From positions 1,116,001-1,180,000 of the forward strand of contig OZ286467.1 in assembly GCA_965644265.1 (NCBI GenBank): a DNA stretch of 64,000 nt. The letters run 5' to 3'. The translations under genes were made by a program, and so were the position numbers. The notes beneath the pieces are model-generated. The model saw only the letters and a list, made by a program, of their open reading frames with translations. It was not told the DNA's origin and ran no database searches. This document shows, piece by piece, positions 48,478 through 59,409 of the stretch (positions within the stretch are counted from its first letter, which is position 1; each line of letters opens with the position of its first letter). Origin of the DNA: Glycera tridactyla. Its lineage: Eukaryota.

Positions 48478-49785
48478 TCATCTCGCCAAACTTCTCTCCA
48501 CGAAGCTAGTGTATGTGGTCCCATTGGCAAAGAATGCAACTTTCCCGTTACTAAGCCCATGACCTCCATGACCCGCCAAGATGTGACCTTTGACCTTCAG
48601 CCAGGGAAATGCAGTAGAAAGTCGGTTGATTATCTTAGTAGTTCCTTGACCCCCACAGAAAGGGATCAGCCATTGATCAGGCAGAATACTGGTTTATCCG
48701 CAGTAAGATACGAGTCACGAGACAAGCTCCCTCCTCTTCTACAGATTGAGCAAACTAGACCCGTATGTAGTTCCTTTCTTGATGAAATGTTGAGGGTTTG
48801 CAAGTTTTCAGTTGACTCATCACCAGAGGAGTCTGTTACTCTACCCACACAGTCAGAAGTTATCCAGGTTTCTGACAACAAAACATCATCCAACATCACG
48901 AACAGCAGTCGGGCAATCCGCAAATCCGAACGCATCCAAAGGAAGCGAAGCAAAGCTCAATCCAAAATTCACCTAACACCAGTGAATAAAGCAGATATGG
49001 ATACAAGTGGTGTAGTGGATACTAGGGAAAAACTTGGAGAGAAAGGTCATGGCCCAATTCAAAAGGTGAAACATGGCCCAGTGAGAATTCCCAGCAACCT
49101 AGATAACGTCTCTCTCAGAACTCATGGCATTTACACTGACTGTAAAGTTTCATCAAGTAAAAAAACGAAAGAAATGGATTTCTTGCCAATCATGTGCAGA
49201 CATGTGCCTGTTATTATCAGATGTGTGCACAAAAAGTCCAAGAGCTCACGTGTCAAGTGGTTTCCTTGCGATAAATGTGGGGCGGCATTCAGGTCACGCG
49301 CTTCCTTGAAGCATCACAGGGGAGGTCATGAAGAGAAAGGTCATCACCCCATTCAAAAGGTGAAACATGGCCCAGTGAGAATTCCCAGCAACCTAGATAA
49401 AGTCTCTCTCAGTGCTCATGGCATTTACACTGACTGTAAAGTTAATCTTACCAGGATTCCTGAAAAGTACCTGAAAACACTTGCATCCAGTAAAAAACCA
49501 AAGAAAGTGGATTTCTTGCCTATCATGTGCAGACATGTGCCTCTTATGATCAGGTGTATACACAAAAAGTCCAAGATCTCACGTGTTAAGTGGTTTCGCT
49601 GCGATAAATGTGGGGCGGCATTCAAGTCACGCGTTTTCTTGAAGCATCACAGGGGAGGTCATGAAGAGGAGATTCGGGAGAAGTGTGTCTTCTGTTTGAA
49701 AACATTTTCTGGTCCCGCTGCTCTGCGTTCCCATCTCACAGCCGTGCACAAGACGAGAATGTCATTGAGGCCGCGAAAACCATGA
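48478..49785 (+). CDS. Variable terminal exon V15: long exon with an internally duplicated finger module and a third C2H2 finger
   Basis: Acceptor ttgcttttatttttcag ends at 48477, phase 0 (SSRQTS...). Two copies of HGPVRIPSNLD...CDKCGAAF.SR..LKHHRGGH, then CVFCLKTFSGPAALRSHLTAVH. Confidence 0.83.
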   Translation, partial: SSRQTSLHEASVCGPIGKECNFPVTKPMTSMTRQDVTFDLQPGKCSRKSVDYLSSSLTPTERDQPLIRQNTGLSAVRYESRDKLPPLLQIEQTRPVCSSFLDEMLRVCKFSVDSSPEESVTLPTQSEVIQVSDNKTSSNITNSSRAIRKSERIQRKRSKAQSKIHLTPVNKADMDTSGVVDTREKLGEKGHGPIQKVKHGPVRIPSNLDNVSLRTHGIYTDCKVSSSKKTKEMDFLPIMCRHVPVIIRCVHKKSKSSRVKWFPCDKCGAAFRSRASLKHHRGGHEEKGHHPIQKVKHGPVRIPSNLDKVSLSAHGIYTDCKVNLTRIPEKYLKTLASSKKPKKVDFLPIMCRHVPLMIRCIHKKSKISRVKWFRCDKCGAAFKSRVFLKHHRGGHEEEIREKCVFCLKTFSGPAALRSHLTAVHKTRMSLRPRKP

Positions 49786-50235
49786 ACAATATAGCACGTG
49801 TACACTTATCGTTGTATACTGCTACCTTTGACCTCTATCAGGGTTGCATCCAAAGGGTGGCATTTCACACAATTATAGTGACTGCCGGCTCCTTTCTGAG
49901 GAGAACAGGGGCCACAGTGCCACCTGAATCAACAAGGGGCTGCAATTTTTGGTATTCAGTGAATCCATATTGAAATTTTCATTCGATGAAATGCCCCTTT
50001 TTTTCAAATTTAATGGGACAAATGCCTCAAATTTTACAAATCTTGGATGCAAAACTGCACTGTGATATACTAGCATTCAAGTATCATATTTATCTATCTA
50101 TCTTTGTACAAAAACTATTGTACAGGTCTCTGCCTTCATAATGCTTGAAGAGCCATGAAATGTCGTTTCAGTCAGAGATAATGAATATATATTCTTTAAT
50201 CCATGCCTTCATGATAACAGAACAAGAAGGATCAT

Positions 50236-50757
50236 TACAGTGACACCTGCGACGAGAGACCACCCTAAATGTCACCATGAAGCGGTATCTCAAAAGAAGT
50301 GGTCTCTCATCGGAGGTAAGTTTGACCATGTCAAATAGGGAAGCTGTCCTTGAAGCTGCCTTTGATAAGTGGTCTCCCATCAGAGGGTGGTCTCTTGTCA
50401 GGGGTCTCTCGTGGCAGGTTTCACTGTATTAGGATTTCAGATCAATTAATAATGCAGAGTTATATCCAGAGCTGGGCATGGGGTGTTCCTTCCTCTTCCA
50501 CATTGAGGGCAGAATTCTCAGTACATGAGAATACTTGATAGTTGTGCTGCAAGAATTAGGTGATATAAGAGGGAGCGTACAGTGAAACCTGTGACGAGAG
50601 ACCCCCGATGAGAGACCACCTCCGACGGGAGACCGCTTCTTCAAGGCAGCTCTCTTATTTGACATAGTCAAATATACCTCCACCGAGAGACCACCTCTTT
50701 TCAGAGACCACTTTTTGGTGACATTTAGGGCGGTCTCTGGTCGCAGGTTTCACTGTA
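50236..50757. mobile_element. Two MITE family 2 copies (50236-50428 and 50578-50757); relatives at ~52175-52342, ~56323-56487, ~61498-61645
   Basis: tacagtga(a/c)acctg ... caggtttcactgta ends with gagagaccacc internal repeats. Confidence 0.72.
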
Positions 50758-51755
50758 CAATATACTTAATATATAACAACAAACAAACAACATTTTTATG
50801 CAATTACGGGCTGCGATTCCTTCTAAATCAGCAAGAGATGTGCGCATTCTCCATATTGATTAGAAGCAGTTTGAAATATTTTGTTCAGAAACGCCCCCTT
50901 CTCCTAATAGCTCCCAATTCTGAAAATCCTGTAGATAGTTCAATCAACTGGCTATGCACTTGGATGATGAGATTCAAATAGAAATAATTTCCCATGAATG
51001 ATGAAACTTTTTATGGTGCATGGTATTGATATTACTTCATATTGTAGTCCTGCAAAGGGATTGCAGATTAACAATTGAACCTGTCAACAATGACCACCCC
51101 GGATCATAACAAAAAGTGGTCACTGTAGGTGGCTTTTGAAGAGGGGTCATTCACCATGTGACGTGCATGCTGAAATGATCAATTTTGACACATTTCTTTC
51201 ACGATTTTAATAAAAACACTATTTGTGGGTGTTCTATTGGCAGTTCACGTGATAAGGACATGTACTCAATTGAGCCCATGACCTTGCTAGTTACAATTAG
51301 CGTTTGCACCTAAATTCGGCGAGCATGCTTCCTTGTGATCAACTTTCAAGCATTTTGTTCGCTCCTCTTATTAAAATGTCATTTCGAATCACCACAATTC
51401 TTCCAGCAAAATGTTGACAACATTGTCAACATTTTGCTGGAAGAATTGTGGTGATTCATTCATTTGCAATGATGTGGAAAAGAATGAGACGAGGTTGATC
51501 AGAATATATGCCTCAGTTTTGTTGCTGATATCAGTGTTGGCGCTCCTTGCTCATTGCTTGTTTCTTTCTAGAACCTGTATGTAGTTGTTCGCCTGCCGCG
51601 GGTGTGGCGGGAAAGAGTACCGGAAAGCATGCAATTCCTTGAAATTAAATCTCCCGAGATAAGTGCTCGCTAGTTTGAAGAGAGTTGTCCTGAAGAAAGA
51701 CACTTGCTCACTACTTGTAGTTGCTTGTCATCAATTCCAATATAGTACATCTGTT

Positions 51756-51964
51756 CAGGGCTTGATGCAAAGGTTTTCATGGCACTTGCCATCGGGCAAG
51801 TGCTCACTGGGGTGTACACGCCTGAACAGTAAATGAACTTGCCCCACTTATTTGAAGTATTTAGATATGCTTGCCCTTCGGGCAAGTAGGCTTGGCAATC
51901 TATTTGCCCGAATGCAAGTTTTACTTGCCCCAGGCAATAGGGCAACCCTTAACGTCGAGCCCTG
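51756..51964. mobile_element. MITE with CAGGGCT termini
   Basis: cagggcttgatg ... cgtcgagccctg, with CTGTT duplicated on both sides. Confidence 0.65.
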
Positions 51965-52513
51965 CTGTTATATTTTTGATATTCTCTTTAGTTAAGTGTT
52001 GTTCTGGACTGGTTTAGTTTATCAACTCACTACCTAACATCATATGTTATCCTTTCTTTAAAACTTAAATGCAGGGATGATCTCTTTGAAGTCAAATGAG
52101 TCAGTTTTGAGAGTTTTTTCTGAATTAGCCAATAATTCCTATACAGTTCATTAGTTTCAGCATTCAGCAAATTACAGTAAAACCTGTCTTGGGAGACCGC
52201 CCCAAATGCCAATGAAAAGCGGTCTCTCAAGACAGGTGGTCTCTTATTTTAGGTATATTTGACTATGTCAAATAGAGAAGAGCCGATAAAGACCGGTCTC
52301 CCATTAGAGGGTGGTCTCCCAAAAGAGGGGTCTCCCACTGTACCACTGGCAAAGATTTACATGTATATATGACCTGTCTGTGAGTTCAGAATTTCTTTAA
52401 TACAGCAGAAAAATGAACTCATAGTAATTTTTTTTTTTTTTCAATTTGTGTCAGTACAGCTGGAAAGGGCCTCATGGTAATTTTCATGATTCTTTTTTTT
52501 ATTTTGGTTCCAG

Positions 52514-53362
52514 TCTGCTAGGCTGTCAATGGCTGCTGGGTGTGGAATGTTTGGATACATCAGTGTGAAGCCTGAAAACAGCAGGCATGAGCAAAGTACC
52601 AGTCACATCAATGAAGATCGTCATCCTCATCATCATCAGTCTTTCTCGAAGAACTCACGACAATCAGTATCGCAGAGACGTGAGAATCACGCTAAAAAGA
52701 ATCAGAGAACAAGAATCAGTGCCCAAGCAGCTGACTTGACCCCTGACGCTACTCCACGCCACAGTCAGGGCTATGATTTATCACGTGGTGATTCTAGTCA
52801 ACTTCTGTCTGTTGTGGATGCAACATCAGGGATTGATTATCAGGGTAATCAGGAAGGCAAGCAGGAGCCAGCAGATGATGAAATGAAACCCTTTTCAAGT
52901 GGTGTTTCTTATGACCAATCTGGAATGTATTTCGACGCTTATAACCAGTCCAGTCATTACGCCAATTCCATGAACCAACCGGGTGTTAGCGGTATACAAT
53001 CCGTAGGAAATATGTCGTTTGGAAACTTGATGGGTCATCAGGGAGCTTTCGGTTTTGGTGTTGCAAATTCTGCAAGTAAATACGTGTCAACAGATAGGCG
53101 GAGAGGAACCTACTCTTGCCACATCTGTAAAAAGGCGTTCACATTCAAGAACGTCTTGGTTCGGCATTTGAAAACGCACGCGGCACAAGACCTCTCATGC
53201 ACTCACTGCAAAAAGTCTTTCAATCGCAATGATGTCCTACAGCGCCATCTGTTAACAGTACATAAAGTCACCAAGTTGCTTGTCTGCCCACTGGATTGTG
53301 GGTTTAGTACGACCAAACAGCAAGGCCTCACTCTACATCAGTGTAACTCAAAAAATCGTTAA
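52514..53362 (+). CDS. Variable terminal exon V16: class B (two C2H2 plus C2HC)
   Basis: Acceptor ttttttattttggttccag ends at 52513, phase 0 (SARLSM...). CHICKKAFTFKNVLVRHLKTH, CTHCKKSFNRNDVLQRHLLTVH, CPLDCGFSTTKQQGLTLHQC. Confidence 0.87.
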   Translation, partial: SARLSMAAGCGMFGYISVKPENSRHEQSTSHINEDRHPHHHQSFSKNSRQSVSQRRENHAKKNQRTRISAQAADLTPDATPRHSQGYDLSRGDSSQLLSVVDATSGIDYQGNQEGKQEPADDEMKPFSSGVSYDQSGMYFDAYNQSSHYANSMNQPGVSGIQSVGNMSFGNLMGHQGAFGFGVANSASKYVSTDRRRGTYSCHICKKAFTFKNVLVRHLKTHAAQDLSCTHCKKSFNRNDVLQRHLLTVHKVTKLLVCPLDCGFSTTKQQGLTLHQCNSKNR

Positions 53363-55619
53363 CTTCTGTATTTTGTTTGCACTTTCCATATTCTTGAGCA
53401 GTTTTGTTGCATCCATTAAAATTTATCACTAGATACAATAGAAACTGGGAGGAACAAGCACCATTAATTTCTTGAAATTATTTTCATTGAGACAGTTGCT
53501 TGCTCATCAAGCATATATATTTGCTGCGGAATGGTAGAGAAGTATTCTTGGAAATGCTTGCCCGTTACAGATAATTGTGTCTCTCAGGTTGGCTTATCAC
53601 AGATTCCATCGCAGAATACAGTTTGAATAAAGGGACTTATCCTTTGTAATCAGCCCTTGCCATTGACAATGATGATCTGTGATCAGTGATGCTCCCTCAT
53701 TGGTTACCAGGTATTTTAGATTTTTATAGAGATATGAATTTCACAGTACTCACAGTCAGTTGGGAAAGTCAGAGCTTTCAGGATCCATCCGGACTCTTTC
53801 CTCGGCAAGAGGCTACTGCGATGAGTTGGTCGTTGAGTCAAATTTGAAATTGAAAACCGTTGGAAACTCAGGATGAGAAGAGACCAGTGTCCTACCTGAC
53901 TAGGACTTGATGATTTTCCGGGTGGGCAACTTAATCTTGAATTCACCTGATGGATTGGTTGGAAATTATGATAAACATAGAGATAGATGCCTACCATTAT
54001 GATTATGATATAATTGTTGTTCTTTTTAGGCCAGAATGATGGCATTTTATGCAAATGATTACTTCTCCTAATTTGATTGTGGCAGATACAGTACTGGGCA
54101 TCATCATTATTTTTGTTTTGAAGTTGTGGAACATGGAATCAGGATGAATTTTGTCATGGGCAGGTAGAAAATTTGGCTTTGATTATGTCTTGTCACAAAA
54201 CTGTCTTGTCAAAATTTCAGATGATTATGACATGTAAAAATATGCCGTTCTGTTGGAAAGGCTGCTGTTTGAAATATGGAAAGATTCATCAGGATACAGT
54301 CAGCCCTGCACTAGCGGCCACCTGCGTACGGCGGCCACTCGCCGATAACGGCCACTCCCTATCGCAACCGTCGAAATTTCACCATAAATCACCTCTGTGT
54401 AGCGGCCAACCCCTGACTACGGCCAGCGGCCATCATATTTGACTAACCCTGTTTATAGCGGCCATCCACATTTGAAATCGTCGATTGCAATTGGTAATCT
54501 GTGAGGGGGCCAGGGCGATTGAACAAAGAAAACCGTGTTGACAGCTGGTAGAGAGGCCAATTCGCGGCTTACCCCAGCCTTGTTACTTCAATGATTTATC
54601 CTGAACGCCACAAAAACACATGTCAATGCCAAACAAGCATTCATTTCGTGATAATAACGAAAGGCCGGCTTCTTTAATATATGTGGTAATCATAAATTTG
54701 ATAGTTATGCACGTTTTAGCGTGTCACACATTTTTATATAGATTTTACGGTAAATTGTATGCATTTTCGACTAATGCCATTGGAATTGCATTGCTCTTAA
54801 ATCTTTCACACAACAGGTGATGTTTCATAGGATGATCATGATGATGAAAGTCTTGATAAAGTTGGTCTTTTGGTCTCTCATCAGAGGTGTCACCTCATAT
54901 GGAATAGTTGATGCACACAATTTGTAGCAGTTGTAGCAGTTGTTCATAATATGTTTCATTATTTGTTGTCTTGGTACAATCTGTTTTATCTTGCATTATT
55001 TTTTTAAAATCAAATTTCAAAACGAGTTTGTCTGCAGCTCAGTTGTGGATCATTGTCCACTGCCCTTGTTTGTCTGATTGAAAAATGTGGAAAAGGTTTC
55101 TTTGTATTAAGCAGCATGCAAGTAGTGGTTATAATCTTCAGTTTGAAACATTATCATCCCCTTCATGTTCAATCAGCAAGTATCTTCCTCATTGTTTAAC
55201 CAAAACAATCCAGTTTCCTTTCCTGTGGATGAAAAAGAGGATCAAGACAGTACAATACATCAATCTCTTGAAATGTCTATTCTTGACTATGCTACGTAGG
55301 TGAGAAACTTGATGTAATACCGGACAATGTCAATATATAGGAGTTATATTCATAATAAACTTTCCTAGTTTGACTGAAAAATTCATTTCAGAAGAAAGCT
55401 CATTTTTGAGTGTCATGTTACATTCTAGATTGGCCATATTGTCTCCAACTGAAAGCAGCATGTTGTGGCAGGCTCTAGAGACATCACAGCCAGTCCAAAG
55501 ATTATTCATTCTTTCCCAAATGTAAAGTGTGTTAATGATGTTGAAATGTTATGGGAAGATCTGAGGCAGAGCGTAACACACGCCTGTGAAGTAACATTTG
55601 ACGTCAACAATTAACCTTT

Positions 55620-55890
55620 ATCACATGGATGTGCCATTTTCAGTGAAGTATCAGGTGTTGAGTATTGCGTGTGATACTTCACAGCTGGATGAGGACTGCT
55701 TTTTGATGATTTCTCCCCTAATCCATGTGATAAAAGCAAGACTGTATGACCGTGAGGCAAAAAACGCAATACCAAACTCGGTGTGAATTTCTCCGGATGT
55801 CACTCGGCCTTTCGGCCTCGGGACATCCGGTGAAATTCACACCTTGTTTGGTATTGCATTTTTACTTCACGGCCATATAGTCCTACTATA
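55620..55890. mobile_element. Dispersed repeat with long palindrome (55766-55857); inverted relatives at ~11715-11955 and ~46055-46145
   Basis: gcaataccaaac..gtgtgaattt..ccggatgtc / gacatccgg..aaattcacac..gtttggtattgc; the upstream body is shared with the other copies. Confidence 0.6.
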
Positions 55891-57221
55891 GCCTTTTGAA
55901 CTACAGGTGTTCCAATAAAGAAACACTAGACAGATAAGTCAGTTCTCAGCTTAGGATGACCAGTCATTGCCACTGATTGCAATCAATCTTTGTTAGTCAC
56001 CCACGAGGAAGTCTGGAAGAACTAGAATCTTGGCCTGGAAAATGTATGGAAAAAGTATGGAATTTGATTTACAAATCTGGCTATGAAACCTGTATGATGT
56101 TGAACAGGTGATGCAAAATGACCTTGTTGAGGTTAGCTGCTTGCTAAAAGGAAACCAACTAACCTTGAATTTAAAAAAAAAAAATTATGGTTTTCCCTTA
56201 TCCACAGTATGGAAATTAAACAAAATTACAGCTGAACATTGATATAGCACTCCCAAATAATCAGTTACTGGATCAATTATTGGTGTATTGTTGATATTAC
56301 ACTACCCAATGGTAATGAAATTATAGTGAAACCTACGACAAGAGACCGCCCTAAATGTCACCAAAAAGTGGTCTCTCAAAAGAGATGGTTTCTCGTCGGA
56401 GGTATATTTGATTAAGTCAATTAGAAAAGCTGCCCGGGAAAAGCGGTCTCCCATCGGAGGTGGTCTCTCGTCGCAGGTTCCACTGTGCATGTATTAGAAT
56501 ATGCTTGGTACATGTCTACCACTCCATCCATAAGATACATATAAGACAATATATCTTTTCATTTATAATTTTATCTAATAGGTCACAGTTGAATGAACAG
56601 ATCTAATGAGTGTAATCACATGTAATAGATTGTGGATGTTATAATTGTACAAATGTTGTTTTCACCTAATAAAGTATAAGTTATTGTCATTCTCATTGTC
56701 CATCTTTTTTGCATTGTAATGTTCTGTTACCCACAGATACGGGTATACAGCATACGATAACAGGGTGTCATTCAGATGAAGCTCAATCAAACCAAGCCAA
56801 ACTTTCTCCATCCCAAGATGAGATCAGCAAGTGGAGGCCATGTGACTTTATTGGGTGTCCCTTGGGAAATGGTGTAACGCTGGGCTTCCTCTAGGATGGA
56901 AAGACTTTTAGTGAATGATTTTAGCAAAATCGAAATAATTTTAGCAATTCAGAATGCCAAATCGATTCAATTGCATTTTCTCACCAAAACAAATTAAATT
57001 AATAAATTTACATCTACTATGAAGCACCACTACCACTTTTGTGCTATCAGAAATGAAAATCACTTTAGCAAATCATTTTAGCGAATGAGGTTTTCCTCAG
57101 CATTTCACTGATTAGCTATAGCTAAAACACTAATCTATAGAGGGAGACCTGAAACGTGGTGGACACGTCACTCGGATATGGCCCATATGTTAATGGTAGG
57201 GATAATGTACTAGAAACCATA

Positions 57222-57389
57222 TACAGTCGAACCTGGCTATAAAGACCGCCTTCGGTCACACCAAAAAGCGGTCTTTATGGGCAGGTGGTCTTTTACTGTT
57301 GAAAATACTATCACGGTCGCACCTCAGGGCATTCTTTATAGGCAGGTGGTCTTTATAGAGAGGTGGTCTTTAGAGCAGGTTTGACTGTA
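57222..57389. mobile_element. MITE family 1 copy
   Basis: tacagtcgaacc ... ggtttgactgta. Confidence 0.78.
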
Positions 57390-58289
57390 CATCCTCTGAT
57401 GACGTCAAGCAGCCAGAATACATGTACACAGCTGTATCAAGTCCAGGGTACAAGTGCCTGGTTCCAGTTAGGCCACCTCTCATTCATCATAAGTAAAAAA
57501 AAATGATACCACACTCATCCGGCGCAATGACAATACCAGCAGCACCATGAACAGCCAAGGCAAAGTTGGACAAGTCATCAGTGAAATACAGACCCCTGGT
57601 GAAGGGAGACCTGGTGGCCCAGCCAAGATTGAAGGAATCTTGACATCTGTCCAACTCCATCCACAGCTCCTCAAAGACAGCCAGTGGATCCAAAATTGAA
57701 TACTCGACCTCTCTAAGAATAAGTGTGAACTTGATAGAAAAGAGAGAGGCCCACACCAGAGGTCTCCTTGGCACCAGGCATGCATTAAAACACGGATAAA
57801 ACATTGAGAATGATTGTGCATAGAACTGGTCATCTCAATCCACTCTAGAATTTGTTCCAAGCTGAAATATTTATTGTGATCCCTGACGATGGATTTTCTT
57901 GCATCTCAGCATCAGGATATAGTGCCCAGATGATCTAAATGGTCATTATCATGAAATAATGGGATTTTCTAAAACTTGTTGAAGGGTGTTTGGTGGTCAG
58001 GAACGACCCTACATGGACCTGGCAGAGTGAATTATTTAGCTTGGATGGCACAGATGACCTAACAATAGCCCAAATGGCTTCTCCACAGCTCAGAAATGAC
58101 ACCATGAGAGTGTGAATATCACAAATTTACATCTTCCTTTGAGGATAGAATATGTCTTGAAGGATCCTAACCATACTCATTGCATGAACATACATACATG
58201 TCCGTCTGGTCACATTTTGCTCAATACCTGTGGATTAGCTGGTCTTATTTCCACAAAACTTCATAACTGTGATGTATGTAAAAATCGTA

Positions 58290-58920
58290 TTCCAGTATAT
58301 AATTTGTGTCCCCCCAAAGGTCAATCGTCAACGTCACAGGAGCTATTTAAAGATTTTCTTATTTCACACTCTAACTCAAGCTAGCACTGATGGACATTGA
58401 TCAACCTCATACAAAGTGTTGACCTGATGATGGGACATCTCCCTTTTGATGCATGTGACCCTAGGTCAAAGGTCAAGGTCACAGGAGCTATTTATAGATT
58501 TTCTTATTTTACCCTGATCCAATCTATCATCGATGGATGTGAACCGTATTTATAAAGAGTAATGACCAGATGATGGGACATCTCCCTTTAGATGCATGTG
58601 ACCTGAGATCAAAGGTCAAGGTCACAATAGGTATTCATAGATTGTCACATTTTACACGATTACTCCAGCTACTTGATATTTTGGTGGTCCATTAGATGTG
58701 AATATGCTAGGGATGTGATTGTCCCTCGCCATAAAGCGGGGGGCTATTAAAATGATGGGCGTCCATCTGTCAATGCATCTGTGCATCCATCGACCTTTGG
58801 TTTCTGCTCATTATCTCAGGTATTGCTGTCAGAACTGACTCCTTGAGTGTCTGTTAATTTCATAAAATGTTTGACTTCCATTGAGGACCCAGAAGGAGGA
58901 GTGTTGAAAGGTCCCGTCAG
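58290..58920. mobile_element. HINE-like fragments
   Basis: Repeated ggtcaaaggtcaaggtcac modules (58450-58630), and ttgtccctcgcc...gggggctattaaaatgatgggcgtccatctgtc at ~58720 resembling the 25386 head. Confidence 0.45.
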
Positions 58921-59031
58921 TCCCCATTGCATTGGCTTCTCAATATAGCACAGGTGGTGTTCATGGGAAAACCTACCGACCAATCAAGATGCAAGTCAGA
59001 TACTGATGCTAGATTGTCTGTCTCTTTGCAG

Positions 59032-59409
59032 CAGTATCCTATGCTACCACCACCGCCACCCTATGAAATGTGCCTGATGGGCCAGATCGGCAGTAAACCT
59101 CGTTCAGCAAAGTCGCCAATACCTTGCACAGTCTGCGGCCGAGTGTTCAGTCATACATACACACTGAGGCGCCATCTAGAGCAACATACAAACAACCAGC
59201 ATCCTTGCGAGCTGTGCGGAAAATCATATGTTCGTCTCGATGTTTTGCATCGTCATAGACTGGAAGTTCACAAAGTTCGGAAATTACATGTTTGTCCGAA
59301 CCAATGTGGTTTCAGCACTGACCACCAGACGGCCTTGAGGTTGCATGTGCAAAAATGTGACGGGAAGCTCAGGGCATTTGTTAATAAACCTGAGATTGTT
59401 TATGAATAG
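59032..59409 (+). CDS. Variable terminal exon V17: class B (two C2H2 plus C2HC)
   Basis: Acceptor gtctgtctctttgcag ends at 59031 (tandem CAG alternative, also phase 0). CTVC..HLEQH, CELC..HRLEVH, CPNQCGFSTDHQTALRLHVQKC. Confidence 0.87.
   Translation, partial: QYPMLPPPPPYEMCLMGQIGSKPRSAKSPIPCTVCGRVFSHTYTLRRHLEQHTNNQHPCELCGKSYVRLDVLHRHRLEVHKVRKLHVCPNQCGFSTDHQTALRLHVQKCDGKLRAFVNKPEIVYE

Noticed and set aside
3896-59409. ORF-track start codons for the finger ORFs (e.g. 3896, 12256, 13999, 16329, 37366, 40190, 48343, 58927)
   Set aside because: Many are alternative starts (TTG/GTG) or lie in pyrimidine-rich intron-like or MITE sequence; the acceptor positions explain the boundaries better. Independent single-exon genes are disfavoured but not excluded without RNA data.
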